64,000 nucleotides of DNA from Candidatus Omnitrophota bacterium (GCA_025453395.1 JALOQK010000003.1:18711-82710); one strand, 5' to 3'. Positions 49,973 to 60,710 are shown, counted from the stretch's first letter. Translations and numbers: made by a program. The notes: generated from the letters alone by a model not told the origin.

Positions 49973-50830
49973 ATGCCAGAACTGCCTGAAGTAGAGACGA
50001 TCAGAAGGGCCCTAGAAAAAACAATTTTGGGCAAGAAGTTTACCGAAGTTTGCGTGCATAACCCGGCAATCATCCGCGGTATCCGTGCGGATAAATTTAA
50101 GAAAGACTTGACGGGTTCAAGTATTAAGAGTGTTTTGCGTAAAGGCAAGGCTTTGATCTTAGAGCTCTCAAACGGCAAGTCGCTTCTTGTGCATTTAAAA
50201 ATGACCGGACAGCTGGTGCTTCGGCTGCCGCTTAGCAGTAGCCCTGAGCAAGCAAAGCGCGCAGAAGGGTTGGTTTATCCTGGGGCAGGAAAACACGCGC
50301 GGGTGATTTTTCATCTTTCCTCAGGCCAAACCCTTGATTTTAATGACCAGAGGCTTTTTGCGGAATTGCGTCTGTTGGATGACTGGCGCGATTTTAAATT
50401 TATCCAGAATTTGGGGCCTGAGCCAGCTGATATTGCGGTAGAAGATTTCAAAAAAATGCTTTCTCTTAAAAAGACGAAAATTAAGCCTTTATTGATGGAC
50501 CAGTCTTTTATCTCCGGCATAGGGAATTTGTACGCAGCCGAGGCGCTTTTTAGGTCCCGCATTGACCCCGGCAGGCCCGCATCTTCATTAAGCGGCAAGG
50601 AAAAAGAATTGTTATATAAAGAAATAAAAGAAACCTTAAACGAAGCCATACAACACAAAGGTTCTTCAATAGATGATTATGTGCAGTTAACCGGAGAAGC
50701 CGGGGATTATGCGAAATACCATAAAGTTTACGGCAGACAGAACAAGCCGTGTTTAGTTTGCAAGACTCCGATTAAGCGCATCGCCTTAGGCGGAAGGGGA
50801 ACATACTTTTGCCCCAAATGTCAAAAATGA
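49973..50830 (+). CDS. mutM: Formamidopyrimidine-DNA glycosylase (with 19-aa repeat-derived insert)
   Basis: MPELPEVE, HLKMTG, GIGNLYA.E, C-terminal Zn finger. Confidence 0.96.
   Translation: MPELPEVETIRRALEKTILGKKFTEVCVHNPAIIRGIRADKFKKDLTGSSIKSVLRKGKALILELSNGKSLLVHLKMTGQLVLRLPLSSSPEQAKRAEGLVYPGAGKHARVIFHLSSGQTLDFNDQRLFAELRLLDDWRDFKFIQNLGPEPADIAVEDFKKMLSLKKTKIKPLLMDQSFISGIGNLYAAEALFRSRIDPGRPASSLSGKEKELLYKEIKETLNEAIQHKGSSIDDYVQLTGEAGDYAKYHKVYGRQNKPCLVCKTPIKRIALGGRGTYFCPKCQK
50218..50274 (+). repeat. In-frame REP-like palindromic insertion in mutM
   Basis: 57 bp flanked by TGGT direct repeats; GCTTCG..GCTTAGC and CCCTGAGC...GAAGGG arms. Confidence 0.65.
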
Positions 50831-51681
50831 TAAAAGCCATTCAAGAAAAAATCAAGGTTATCGAGAACAAGAAAATAGGCGGCAGATATTTCCGCATTAA
50901 ATTTTATTCTAAGCACATCTCTTCTTGCGCTTATCCGGGGCAGTTTGTAGAAATAAAAGTGTCTAGCGCTTCTGGTCCATTATTGCGCCGTCCCCTGGGA
51001 GTGCATAGCGTGGGTAAAAATAGTTTCAGTGTTTTAGGGGAAATTGTAGGCAAGGGGACTAAAATCCTGTCAACTGTCAGGCCCGCGGAAGAGATAGACG
51101 TCATCGGGCCTTTGGGAAGCGGGTTCACGTTTAGCAGCGCACAATGCGCAGTGTTGGTTGCTGGAGGCATGGGAGTGGCCCCCTTATTGTTTCTTGCAGA
51201 AACAATAAGGGAATTAAAAGCGAAAAGCGCAAAGCGAAAAATTGTAGTTTTAATCGGCGCAAAGAGCAAAGAAAGTATTTTGTGCGCGCGGGAATTCAAA
51301 AAATTAAAGGCGGATGTGCGCATTGCTACCGATGATGGTTCTTTGGGGCACAAGGGAAAGATTACGGATTTATTGCAAAGTCAGCTTTCAGCCTTAAGCC
51401 TTCAGCCTTCAACTGTATATGCCTGCGGCCCTGACCCTATGCTTCGAGAAGTAGCGCGGGTAGCCGAAACATATAATATTCCGGCGCAGGTTTCTCTTGA
51501 GCAGCATATGGCCTGTGGAATCGGCGCGTGCTTGGGCTGCGTTATAAAAGTAAAAAGTCAAAAGCCAACATGTGCCAGAGGCATGCCTAATTCAAAAGTA
51601 AAAAGCGATTTTGAATATAAAAGAGTTTGTAAGGAAGGGCCGGTGTTTGATGCCAGGCAAATAGTATGGGAGGGCTCATGA
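50827..51681 (+). CDS. pyrK: Dihydroorotate dehydrogenase electron transfer subunit
   Basis: LRRPL, GPLG, AGGMG, YACGP, MACGIGACLGC...VCKEGPVF. Confidence 0.94.
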   Translation: MIKAIQEKIKVIENKKIGGRYFRIKFYSKHISSCAYPGQFVEIKVSSASGPLLRRPLGVHSVGKNSFSVLGEIVGKGTKILSTVRPAEEIDVIGPLGSGFTFSSAQCAVLVAGGMGVAPLLFLAETIRELKAKSAKRKIVVLIGAKSKESILCAREFKKLKADVRIATDDGSLGHKGKITDLLQSQLSALSLQPSTVYACGPDPMLREVARVAETYNIPAQVSLEQHMACGIGACLGCVIKVKSQKPTCARGMPNSKVKSDFEYKRVCKEGPVFDARQIVWEGS

Positions 51682-52037
51682 AGCCGTTATTATTTCTTGT
51701 ATTGGGGCTTTTGGCAGGTATTTTTGGAGGAGCTTTTGGCATAGGGGGAGCTTCGGTTATGGTGCCCGCGCTGGTATATTTTTTCGGTTTTACGCAGCAT
51801 CAGGCGCAAGGAACGATTTTAGCGGCGATGGTGCCGCCTATCGGGCTTTTGGCAGCTTTACGTTATTGGCAGGCAGGCAATGTCAATATTCCGGTGGCTG
51901 CGTTATTGTGCGCAGGGTTCTTCCTGGGCGGGTACTTTGGCGCAGGCCTGGTGCAAGGCATCCCGGATCTGGTATTAAAGAAAGCGTTCGGAGTGTTTTT
52001 ATTAATTATTGCCGTGAATATGATCTTAGGGAAATAA
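51678..52037 (+). CDS. Half-size TauE/SafE (TSUP) family permease
   Basis: G.FGIGG...VP motif, QH.AQGT, 4 TM segments. Confidence 0.8.
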   Translation: MKPLLFLVLGLLAGIFGGAFGIGGASVMVPALVYFFGFTQHQAQGTILAAMVPPIGLLAALRYWQAGNVNIPVAALLCAGFFLGGYFGAGLVQGIPDLVLKKAFGVFLLIIAVNMILGK

Positions 52038-52038
52038 T

Positions 52039-52956
52039 ATGAAAGTTAATCTGTCTGTTGCTATCGGGAAATTGATGCTTAAGAATCCGGTGATGGTTGC
52101 TTCCGGGACCTTTGGCTATGCCGAAGAATTTTCCGGATTTATGGACCTGCGTAAGTTAGGCGCGATTGTAACAAAGACCATTACTATTGCCCCGCGCCTT
52201 GGGAATCCTGCCCCGCGCACCTGCGAAACTGCTTCGGGGATGATAAATTCCATAGGCCTAGAGAACCCCGGAGCGGATAAATTCATCAAAGAAAAAATCC
52301 CTTATTTAAAGAAAATCGGGGTTCCGATTATTGTAAGCATTGCTTCGGAAAAAGACCCGGAAGAATTTGTCTTTTTGGCCAAGAAACTAAATAACATCCC
52401 AGCGGTGGCAGCTTTAGAATTGAATATTTCTTGCCCAAACGTCCACAAAAATACACAGCTTGTGGCGCAGGACGCGCAAGTTACTTATAAGGTAGTTAAA
52501 AAAGTGCGCGCGGCAACCAGAAAAACGCTTATTACTAAATTGTCTCCTAATGTCACGGATATCGTAAGCATTGCCAAAGAAGCTGAAGATGCGGGAAGCG
52601 ATTGTTTGGCGATGATCAATACATTGCAGGGGATGAGCATAGATATAAATAATTTTAAACCTAAAATCGCTATGGGCTCTGGAGGATTAAGCGGACCGGC
52701 GATCCGCCCGGTAGCTATTAAAATGGTCTGGGATGTGTATCGCAAGGTTAAAATCCCGATTATCGGAATGGGCGGGATCATCGATACAAATAGCGCCATA
52801 GAATTTTTCTTGGCCGGATCCACTGCGGTTGCTGTCGGCACGGGGAATTTTATTTATCCTAAATTGACTATAGAGATCATTAGGGGGATAGAAGCATATT
52901 TAGAGAATAAGGGCACCAGAAATATAAATGGCATTAAGGGAAAGGTTTTGGCATGA
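52039..52956 (+). CDS. pyrD: Dihydroorotate dehydrogenase B catalytic subunit
   Basis: ASGTFG, NSIGLENPG, ELNISCPN, KLSPN, GGLSG. Confidence 0.96.
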   Translation: MKVNLSVAIGKLMLKNPVMVASGTFGYAEEFSGFMDLRKLGAIVTKTITIAPRLGNPAPRTCETASGMINSIGLENPGADKFIKEKIPYLKKIGVPIIVSIASEKDPEEFVFLAKKLNNIPAVAALELNISCPNVHKNTQLVAQDAQVTYKVVKKVRAATRKTLITKLSPNVTDIVSIAKEAEDAGSDCLAMINTLQGMSIDINNFKPKIAMGSGGLSGPAIRPVAIKMVWDVYRKVKIPIIGMGGIIDTNSAIEFFLAGSTAVAVGTGNFIYPKLTIEIIRGIEAYLENKGTRNINGIKGKVLA

Positions 52957-53642
52957 AACACGAAATGGTTTTAGCGTTAGACGTGGATTCCGTAGATAAG
53001 GCTAAGAATTTCGTTAACCTTTTTGCCGGCAAAATAAAAGTTTTTAAGGTCGGGTTGCAGCTTTTTACTTTGGCCGGGCCCGGGATCGTAGATTATATCC
53101 GAAAGAAAAAAGCAGATGTGTTTCTGGACCTAAAACTGCACGATATTCCTAATACCGTTGCCCATGCTGTGCGCCAGGCAGCGCGGCTAAAGGTAAAGAT
53201 GCTAACACTTCATATCCAGGGCGGGGAAGAAATGCTTCGCGCGGCGGTTTTAGCGCGCGACCAAGAATCCAGGAAGCTTAGAATAAAGAAGCCGCTTTTA
53301 ATCGGGGTAACAGTCTTAACCAGTCAACCCGCCAGTCAAGGCCAGGTTCTGCTGCGCGCAAAACAAGGATTGAGTTGCGGTTTAGATGGCGTAGTTTGTT
53401 CTGCCCGAGAAGCAGCTTTCCTGCGCCAGAATATCAACCAGGAATTTTTCATCGTAACTCCCGGGATACGCAGTCTTTCTTTGGAAACACAAGATCAAAA
53501 AAGAGTTACTACAGTTAGGCAGGCGGTCTTAGCCGGCAGTAATTTTTTAGTTGTGGGCCGTCCGATTTTAGAAGCCGGCAATCCGCTTCAGGCGCTGAAG
53601 GAATTAAAATCAATGGCAAGCGAAGTTGAACCATCGAAATAG
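52953..53642 (+). CDS. pyrF: Orotidine-5'-phosphate decarboxylase
   Basis: LALD, DLKLHDIPNTV, VTPGIR, DQKR, VGRPI. Confidence 0.96.
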   Translation: MKHEMVLALDVDSVDKAKNFVNLFAGKIKVFKVGLQLFTLAGPGIVDYIRKKKADVFLDLKLHDIPNTVAHAVRQAARLKVKMLTLHIQGGEEMLRAAVLARDQESRKLRIKKPLLIGVTVLTSQPASQGQVLLRAKQGLSCGLDGVVCSAREAAFLRQNINQEFFIVTPGIRSLSLETQDQKRVTTVRQAVLAGSNFLVVGRPILEAGNPLQALKELKSMASEVEPSK

Positions 53643-53643
53643 G

Positions 53644-53672
53644 TTGCAATTCTCTTCCTGTTTGCCTATAAT
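53644..53672 (+). promoter_or_regulatory. V-ATPase operon promoter
   Basis: TTGCAA-17-TATAAT followed by GGAGG RBS. Confidence 0.65.
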
Positions 53673-53691
53673 TTTATATTGGAGGTAAAAC

Positions 53692-54297
53692 ATGCCAAGT
53701 GAAATAAAAGATTTAATCGAACAGATCAACCGCGAGGGTATAGAAAAAGCGCAAAAAGCCTCTGGCGAAATTGAAGCCGAGGCAAAAAGAAAAGCCTGGG
53801 AAATAATTGAAAAGGCCAAGAAAGACGCGGCCGGCTTATTATCCCAAGCCAAAGAAGAAATTTCTCGTCAGGAAATAAAGGAAAAGGCGCTTCTTGCGCA
53901 GTCCGGAAGAGACCTGCTTCTTTCTTTGCGCCAGCAGATCAATCAGATGCTAAAGAATATTATTATGCATCAGGTTGGTCAGTGCTTGAAGCCCGAAGAA
54001 ATTTATAAAATCATCTCACAGTTGGTAGAACATATTGCCTCCGAAGAAACTAACGGCATCGTTGTTTGTTTAAAAGAACAGGACAGGGTTATTTTAGAAA
54101 AGGAATTCTTGGCGCGCTTAAAGCAGCAGATTCAAAAAACTGTAACTTTAAAATCTGCCGATGAAATTTCCGCAGGGTTTACGATAAGCTTTGACTCCGG
54201 GAAGACCCAGTTTGATTTTACGGACCAATCTTTAGCCGAATACATAAGCGCATCTTTAAATCCGAAATTAGGGGAAATTTTAAAAGGAGTAAGTTAG
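53692..54297 (+). CDS. V/A-type ATPase subunit E
   Basis: Coiled-coil N-terminus; first gene of the A-B-D-I-K operon. Confidence 0.82.
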   Translation: MPSEIKDLIEQINREGIEKAQKASGEIEAEAKRKAWEIIEKAKKDAAGLLSQAKEEISRQEIKEKALLAQSGRDLLLSLRQQINQMLKNIIMHQVGQCLKPEEIYKIISQLVEHIASEETNGIVVCLKEQDRVILEKEFLARLKQQIQKTVTLKSADEISAGFTISFDSGKTQFDFTDQSLAEYISASLNPKLGEILKGVS

Positions 54298-54303
54298 TAA
54301 AAT

Positions 54304-54810
54304 ATGAGGTTTTATGAATATTTTATCTCCAGCCTGCCGTTTCTTTCTTTTTTAATGCCAACCCCGTTGTCTTATGAAAAATTTCTGGAAGAATCCTCTC
54401 GGTTTATCCCAGAGAAAGAACATAAGGTTTTAAAGTCGCTATCTGTAAGCCAGCATTACTTGGAGAAAAAATACCGCTTATTCGAAGATTCTTTAAGAAA
54501 CCAGCTGGTCTTGTTGCGCGCGCAAGGCCTGGGCAAGGACGCATTAAAATATCTGCATACAGGAATAGATGATGACGCGCAGCTTTCGCTTGTTGCAAGT
54601 CACGCTATGCGCCAGCTGTCTATTTTAGAGGCAGAGATTTTTTTGGATAAACAAAGATGGGAAAAGCTGGACGAGCTTTTGCAGGGGCATTTTTTCGACT
54701 TAGAGTTTTTGATTGTTTATGCGCATAAACTTTTGATTCTAGAGCGTTGGGAAAAAATAAGAAGCGCGGATAAGCAGCTTCTTTGGGATAATTTATTATC
54801 TTTTAATTAA
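54304..54810 (+). CDS. V-type ATPase subunit C-like (DUF2764)
   Basis: YFISSLP, LRNQL...R, HFFDLE.L..Y..KL.ILERW. Confidence 0.8.
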   Translation: MRFYEYFISSLPFLSFLMPTPLSYEKFLEESSRFIPEKEHKVLKSLSVSQHYLEKKYRLFEDSLRNQLVLLRAQGLGKDALKYLHTGIDDDAQLSLVASHAMRQLSILEAEIFLDKQRWEKLDELLQGHFFDLEFLIVYAHKLLILERWEKIRSADKQLLWDNLLSFN

Positions 54811-54820
54811 AGAGGGGAAA

Positions 54821-56566
54821 ATGGAGAAACGACAAGGCAAGATTACAGCTATAAGCGGGAACATGGTTGGCGTTTCTTTTGATTCCTTGGTTATTCAGAA
54901 CGAAGTGGCTTTTGTGGTGCATGGCGAAGAAAAACTCAAATCCGAAGTAATCCGCGTGCGCGGCAATATCGCCCAGATGCAGGTGTTTGAAGATACCAGG
55001 GACCTAAAAGTGGGAGATGAAGTTATTTTTACCGGAGAGCTTCTTTCGGTCAAGCTTGGGCCGGGGCTTTTGGGGCAGGTATTTGATGGCCTGGAAAATC
55101 CGCTTCACGTAGTTGCTAAAGAGTGCGGTTTTTTCTTAAAGCGCGGTATTTACATAAACGCGCTTGATGAACAATCAGTATGGGATTTTACTCCTTTGGT
55201 TTCGCCGCAGGACAAAATTCTTCCCGGGCAGAAGATCGGCGTTGTGCCGGAAAAGATTTTTCAGCATTACATCATGGCGCCATTTTTCTTGCAAGGCGTC
55301 CAGGAAGTAATAAGCGTTGTAAATGCCGGCAGGTATAATTTAACTACTCCCGTAGCCCAGCTCAAAGACGGCAAGGGAAAAATCACCCCGGTTTTCTTAA
55401 GCCAGACACAAGCCGTGAGAATCCCTATTCGAGCCTACAAGGAAAAACTAAAACCCGGAGAACCGCTTGTAACCCAGATGCGCTTAATCGATTCCCTGTT
55501 TCCTATTGCCCGCGGCGGGACGTATTGTATCCCGGGGCCGTTTGGCGCAGGCAAAACTGTTTTACAGCAGCTAACCAGCCGCCACGCGCAAGCGGATATC
55601 GTGGTTATCGCCGCTTGTGGAGAGCGCGCCGGAGAGGTAGTTGAAACCTTAAAGACATTCCCTGAAATTACTGATCCGCGCACAGGCAAACCTTTAAGCG
55701 ATAGGACGGTCATTATTTGCAACACCAGCTCCATGCCGGTTGCCGCGCGCGAATCAAGCGTGTATACCGCGGTAACCATCGCCGAATATTATCGTCAGAT
55801 GGGGTTAAATGTTTTGCTGTTAGCGGATTCTACTTCGCGCTGGGCACAGGCTATGCGCGAGATGTCCGGCAGGCTCGAGGAGATCCCCGGAGAAGAGGCG
55901 TTTCCGGCGTACCTGGAGTCGCGGATAGCTTCTTTTTATGAAAGAGCCGGGGTTGTGCGGCTTCATGATAATAGTATCGGGTCAGTTACTATCGGAGGAA
56001 CAGTCAGCCCCGCAGGAGGCAATTTTGAGGAACCGGTAACACAGGCGACATTAAAAGTGGTAGGCGCCTTTCACGGCCTTTCCCGGCAGCGTTCAGACGC
56101 AAGGCGTTATCCGGCGATTGATCCGCTGATCAGTTGGAGCAAATACCCAAGCTTTATTGACCCGGTTAAGAAAAGGCGCGCGCATCAGGCCCTTGAAAAA
56201 AGCAACGAAGTCAACCAGATGATGAAAGTTATCGGCGAAGAAGGCACATCCCTGTCGGATTACGCAGATTACCTTAAAGGGGAATTCCTGGATTTTGTTT
56301 ACTTGCAGCAAAACGCCTTTGACCCGGCAGATGAGGCCACCAGCCAGCAGCGCCAGGCTTTTGTTTTTGATTTTATCCATCAAATACTGGAAATGGATTT
56401 CGCGTTTTCCGATAAAGAACAGGCGCTGCATTTTTTTCAAAAGCTGCAGCAGATTTTGAAGGGGTGGAATTCTTCTTTTTGGGATAGCCCCGAGTTTTCT
56501 TCCATCCAGCAAGAAATCAACAAGTTATTGCTGGAAAATAAAGCAAAGGATCCGGCAGATGCATAA
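54821..56566 (+). CDS. V/A-type ATPase subunit A
   Basis: [35 protein letters not shown]. Confidence 0.96.
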   Translation: MEKRQGKITAISGNMVGVSFDSLVIQNEVAFVVHGEEKLKSEVIRVRGNIAQMQVFEDTRDLKVGDEVIFTGELLSVKLGPGLLGQVFDGLENPLHVVAKECGFFLKRGIYINALDEQSVWDFTPLVSPQDKILPGQKIGVVPEKIFQHYIMAPFFLQGVQEVISVVNAGRYNLTTPVAQLKDGKGKITPVFLSQTQAVRIPIRAYKEKLKPGEPLVTQMRLIDSLFPIARGGTYCIPGPFGAGKTVLQQLTSRHAQADIVVIAACGERAGEVVETLKTFPEITDPRTGKPLSDRTVIICNTSSMPVAARESSVYTAVTIAEYYRQMGLNVLLLADSTSRWAQAMREMSGRLEEIPGEEAFPAYLESRIASFYERAGVVRLHDNSIGSVTIGGTVSPAGGNFEEPVTQATLKVVGAFHGLSRQRSDARRYPAIDPLISWSKYPSFIDPVKKRRAHQALEKSNEVNQMMKVIGEEGTSLSDYADYLKGEFLDFVYLQQNAFDPADEATSQQRQAFVFDFIHQILEMDFAFSDKEQALHFFQKLQQILKGWNSSFWDSPEFSSIQQEINKLLLENKAKDPADA

Positions 56567-57854
56567 ACTGTATACTAAGATCATTCAGATTTCAGGAGAT
56601 GTTATTACCGTAGAGGCCGAAGGCGTAGGATACATGGAAATCGCCCAGGTTGCCAAGGGCAATGAAACTTCCTTGGCACAAGTTATCCGTATCGAAGGCA
56701 AAAAGGTTTATTTGCAGGTTTTTGCCGGCAGCCGCGGCATATCTACTTCGGATAAGGTAAGATTTCTTGGCGGGCCTATGCGCACATCCTCAGGGGTGAA
56801 TCTTTTAGGCAGGATATTCAATGGCAGCGCAATTCCCATTGATAACGGGCCGGAATTGCTGGATGATAAAATAGATATTGCCGGCCCGTCGGTTAATCCG
56901 GTAAAAAGGGTAATCCCCAGCAAAATGATCCGCACGGGAATCCCGATGATCGATGTTTTCAATTCTTTGGTTGAATCACAGAAGCTGCCTATTTTCTCTA
57001 TTGCCGGTGAGCCGTATAATCAACTTTTAGCGCGCATTGCCACGCAGGCAGAAGTAGACATTATTATTTTGGGCGGCATGGGTTTAAAATATGACGAGTA
57101 TTTGTTTTTCCGCGATACCCTGGAAGAACACGGGGCGTTGTCGCGATCTATTATGTTTGTGCATACCGCCGATAATCCGGTTGTAGAGTGTTTGTTGGTG
57201 CCGGATATAAGCTTGGCGGTAGCAGAGAAGTTCGCCCTTGAGGGGAAAAGGGTGCTTGTTCTCTTGACCGACATGACTAATTTCTGCGATTCCTTAAAAG
57301 AGATCGCCATTACCATGGAACAGATACCTTCTAACCGCGGTTATCCGGGAGATCTTTACAGTCAGCTGGCCAGCCGCTATGAAAAAGCTGTGGACTTTGA
57401 AGGCGCAGGTTCAATTACCATTTTAGCAGTAACTACTATGCCCGGAGATGATGTAACCCATCCTGTGCCGGATAACACAGGGTATATTACCGAGGGGCAG
57501 TTTTATTTAAAAAACGGCGTCATCGAGCCGTTTGGGTCCTTAAGCCGTTTAAAGCAGCAGGTCAATGGTAAAACCCGCGATGACCACCGCATTATTATGG
57601 ATACCATGATCCAGCTTTTTGCCAGCTACCGCCAGTCTTTGGAAAAACAGGCAATGGGATTTAAGATGAGCGCATGGGATAATAAACTTTTGCATTACGG
57701 AAAACTTTTTGAAGAAAAGATGATGTCTTTAAAGGTTAATATCGCGCTTGAGAAGGCCCTTGATTTGGGCTGGCAGATAATGGCAGAATGTTTTCTTCCA
57801 GAAGAGACCGGCATAAAACAAGCCATGATCCAGAAATATTGGAATAAGAAATAA
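56559..57854 (+). CDS. V/A-type ATPase subunit B
   Basis: [31 protein letters not shown]. Confidence 0.96.
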   Translation: MHKLYTKIIQISGDVITVEAEGVGYMEIAQVAKGNETSLAQVIRIEGKKVYLQVFAGSRGISTSDKVRFLGGPMRTSSGVNLLGRIFNGSAIPIDNGPELLDDKIDIAGPSVNPVKRVIPSKMIRTGIPMIDVFNSLVESQKLPIFSIAGEPYNQLLARIATQAEVDIIILGGMGLKYDEYLFFRDTLEEHGALSRSIMFVHTADNPVVECLLVPDISLAVAEKFALEGKRVLVLLTDMTNFCDSLKEIAITMEQIPSNRGYPGDLYSQLASRYEKAVDFEGAGSITILAVTTMPGDDVTHPVPDNTGYITEGQFYLKNGVIEPFGSLSRLKQQVNGKTRDDHRIIMDTMIQLFASYRQSLEKQAMGFKMSAWDNKLLHYGKLFEEKMMSLKVNIALEKALDLGWQIMAECFLPEETGIKQAMIQKYWNKK

Positions 57855-57855
57855 G

Positions 57856-58473
57856 ATGCCCAAGATTAAGTTAACCAAGGGTGAGCTTAAGAAACAACGC
57901 GATGCGCTGCGCGCTTACCAAAGGTATCTGCCGACGCTTTTGTTGAAAAAACAGCAGCTGCAAATAGAAATATTGCATCGGGCGGCAGTGATCCTTGCCA
58001 AAGAAAAACAGGCCTCCAGAAAAAAAGAAGAAGGGTTTTTGTGGTGGGGCCTTTTGGTAGAGTCGCCGATTAATTTTCAAGAGCTGCTTTCGCTTCGCCA
58101 GGTTTTGGTAAGCAGTAAGAATGTGGCAGGGGTGGATCTGCCGGTTTTTGAGAAGACGAAATTCCAAGAAGCGGAATACGATTTATTCCAGTCGCCGCTT
58201 TGGCTCGATCAAGCTTGGAGTTTTATCAAGGAAGAGGCCTGTTTGTTAGATGAAATTAAAACTTTGAGTGAAGGCCTAGAGATATTGCGCCGGGAATTGC
58301 GCGTAACTACTCAAAGAGTAAATCTTTTTGAAAAAGTAAAAATTCCGCAGGCAAAAGAGACTATCCGCGTAATTAAGATCTATATCGGGGACCAGATGGC
58401 GAATGCCGTAGGCAGAAGCAAGATCGCCAAGGCCAAAATAGAGGCCTATGAAGCAGAAGGGGCGCTAGTATGA
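57856..58473 (+). CDS. V/A-type ATPase subunit D
   Basis: TKGEL, LPTL.LKKQQL, TTQRVNLFEKVKIP. Confidence 0.93.
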   Translation: MPKIKLTKGELKKQRDALRAYQRYLPTLLLKKQQLQIEILHRAAVILAKEKQASRKKEEGFLWWGLLVESPINFQELLSLRQVLVSSKNVAGVDLPVFEKTKFQEAEYDLFQSPLWLDQAWSFIKEEACLLDEIKTLSEGLEILRRELRVTTQRVNLFEKVKIPQAKETIRVIKIYIGDQMANAVGRSKIAKAKIEAYEAEGALV

Positions 58474-60227
58474 TTATCCCTATGAAAAAAGCGATAATTA
58501 TCCTGCAACAGCAGTATGCGCACAAGGCGGTTTCTTGTTTAAGCCGGCAAGGGGTTTTGCATGTTATGCATGAGGTTGCCCCGAAGGCAGAGAAAATAGA
58601 TTTACTTGAAGAAAATCATGCAGCCGTTTCTGGCGCCCTGGGCGTGCTTAATAATTATGCCCAGGCTTCGCCTGCTAAGCAATCCCAGCTGCCCGAGGGG
58701 AAGACCCAGGAAATCTGCCTTGAAATTATTGCGCAAGATAAGCTTATCCTCAAGCTTCAGGAAGAAAGAAAAGCTTTAAGCAATAAAATAAGCGATCTTG
58801 AGAAATGGGGAGATTTTAATCCCGCAAAGATAGGCGAATTAAGCCAGCAAGGTCTGTATTTTAAGCTTTATCAGGTGCCTCAGAAACAAATCCATGATTT
58901 TCCCGAAGTCGCTGTAGTGAAACAAATTTTCTCTTCCGGAGGATTTTGTTATTGCGCAGTGGTTTCTGCCAGCCAGATTAGTGTGGATTTTAAAGAAATA
59001 CCCTTGCCGCAGGAAAGTTTGTCTTCGCTATTAGAGCGCGTGAAGCAGAATCAAGTCCAGGCAGAAAGCCTGGTTAATAGAATCCGCCAGGATTTATGTT
59101 TTTTAAGCGCCCTGGAAGCGGCCAAAGATTCCCTGGAAAAGGAAATTGAATTTCAGAAGGTTATCTTTGGCATGGGCAAAACCAGCACACTGGTTTATTT
59201 AACCGGGTTTATCCCTTATGATAAAGAAAAAATGCTTTTAGCTTTCGCCCGGGAGCAAAAATGGGGCATTATAATTAAAGACCCCTCGCAAGAGGATGAT
59301 GCCCCGGTTTTATTGCGCCATTCAAAAATAGTTAATTTGATCAAGCCGGTTTTCAAGCTTTTAGAAATAGTGCCGGGCTATCGCGAATTAGACGTCAGCC
59401 CGGTATTTCTTTTATTTTTATCGCTTTTCTTTGGGATGATCATCGGAGATGCCGGTTATGGGGCAGTGTATTTCTTATTAACTTTATTTGCGCAAAGAAA
59501 ACTGGGCAAGAAAGCAAAGGATAAAACTGTATTTTTTCTCTTTTATCTTTTCAGTTCTTGCGCTATTATATGGGGCCTGCTAACCGGAACAGTATTTGGC
59601 CAGGCCTGGTATGTTGAAAAAGGCTTTAAGGCGCTTGTTCCAGCTCTGAATGAAGCAAAATTCTTAATGGCCTTTTGTTTTTTGTTAGGGGCGGTACAAT
59701 TAAGCATTGCGCATCTTTGGCAAGCGATAGCTAAGGCGCCTTCGCTTAAGGCTTTGGCGGATATAGGGTTTATTTGTCTTTTGTGGGCGGGTTTCTTTTT
59801 AGCCAAGATGTTTATTCTGGGCGATAATTTTCCGGGTTTCGGCGCATGGTTTATCTGGTCAGGGGCGCTGTTGATCGTTTTCTTCAGCAGCCCGCAGAAG
59901 AACATCTTAAAAGGCCTGGCCGAGGGCTTGGGTGCTCTTGCTTTAGGGGCGATGGGCAATTTCGGGGATGTGGTTTCTTATATCCGCCTTTTCGCTGTGG
60001 GTTTGGCAGCAGTAGCGGTTGCGGATTCAGTAAATATGCTTGCCCAGGGCGTGGGCAATAATTTTATCGCGCAGGCAGCGATTCTTTTTGCCGGGCATAC
60101 AATTAATATTGTTTTGGGGCCAGTGTCTGTTTTAGTGCATGGTGTCAGGCTTAATATCCTGGAATTTTCTTTATTGCACGGGAATGTTACTTGGAGCGGC
60201 ACAGCGTATAAGCCGCTAAAAAGTTAA
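58470..60227 (+). CDS. V/A-type ATPase subunit I (a)
   Basis: PGYRE, FFGMIIGDAGYG, SYIRLFAVGLA, HGVRLN.LEF. Confidence 0.94.
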   Translation: MIIPMKKAIIILQQQYAHKAVSCLSRQGVLHVMHEVAPKAEKIDLLEENHAAVSGALGVLNNYAQASPAKQSQLPEGKTQEICLEIIAQDKLILKLQEERKALSNKISDLEKWGDFNPAKIGELSQQGLYFKLYQVPQKQIHDFPEVAVVKQIFSSGGFCYCAVVSASQISVDFKEIPLPQESLSSLLERVKQNQVQAESLVNRIRQDLCFLSALEAAKDSLEKEIEFQKVIFGMGKTSTLVYLTGFIPYDKEKMLLAFAREQKWGIIIKDPSQEDDAPVLLRHSKIVNLIKPVFKLLEIVPGYRELDVSPVFLLFLSLFFGMIIGDAGYGAVYFLLTLFAQRKLGKKAKDKTVFFLFYLFSSCAIIWGLLTGTVFGQAWYVEKGFKALVPALNEAKFLMAFCFLLGAVQLSIAHLWQAIAKAPSLKALADIGFICLLWAGFFLAKMFILGDNFPGFGAWFIWSGALLIVFFSSPQKNILKGLAEGLGALALGAMGNFGDVVSYIRLFAVGLAAVAVADSVNMLAQGVGNNFIAQAAILFAGHTINIVLGPVSVLVHGVRLNILEFSLLHGNVTWSGTAYKPLKS

Positions 60228-60250
60228 AGTTTTCTAGAAAGGAGAACCGC

Positions 60251-60700
60251 ATGGACGTAAATTCACCGGTACAATTTAAAGACTTAGGCCCGATTTTAGT
60301 TTTGGCTTTATCTGCTCTTGGTTCAGCAACGGGCGCAGGCCTTGCCGGCATGAGCGCGATAGGGGCATGGAAGAAGAATTTTGTGCAGAATAAAAGCGCT
60401 TCGTTTTTGCTGGTGGCCTTAACCGCTGCCCCCCTTACCCAGACCATTTACGGGTTTATCGTAATGAATAAAATGGTAGAGCTTGTTAATAAGGGGCAGT
60501 ATCTTTGGTCAATAGGGTTATGCGCCGGAGCGGGAATCGGATTATCCGCGTTTTGGCAGGGTAAGTGCGCGGCAGTGGCTTGTGATTCTATGGGGGAGAC
60601 GGGAAAAGGCTTTGCCAACTATATGGCGGTTTTAGGCATGACTGAAACCGTGGCTTTGTTTGTGATGGTGTTTACGTTGGTAGTTTTGGGTAAGTTTTAA
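60251..60700 (+). CDS. V/A-type ATPase subunit K (c), 4-TM
   Basis: PLTQTIYG, WQG and single carboxylate GMTETVA. Confidence 0.93.
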   Translation: MDVNSPVQFKDLGPILVLALSALGSATGAGLAGMSAIGAWKKNFVQNKSASFLLVALTAAPLTQTIYGFIVMNKMVELVNKGQYLWSIGLCAGAGIGLSAFWQGKCAAVACDSMGETGKGFANYMAVLGMTETVALFVMVFTLVVLGKF

Positions 60701-60710
60701 GATAGATTAG

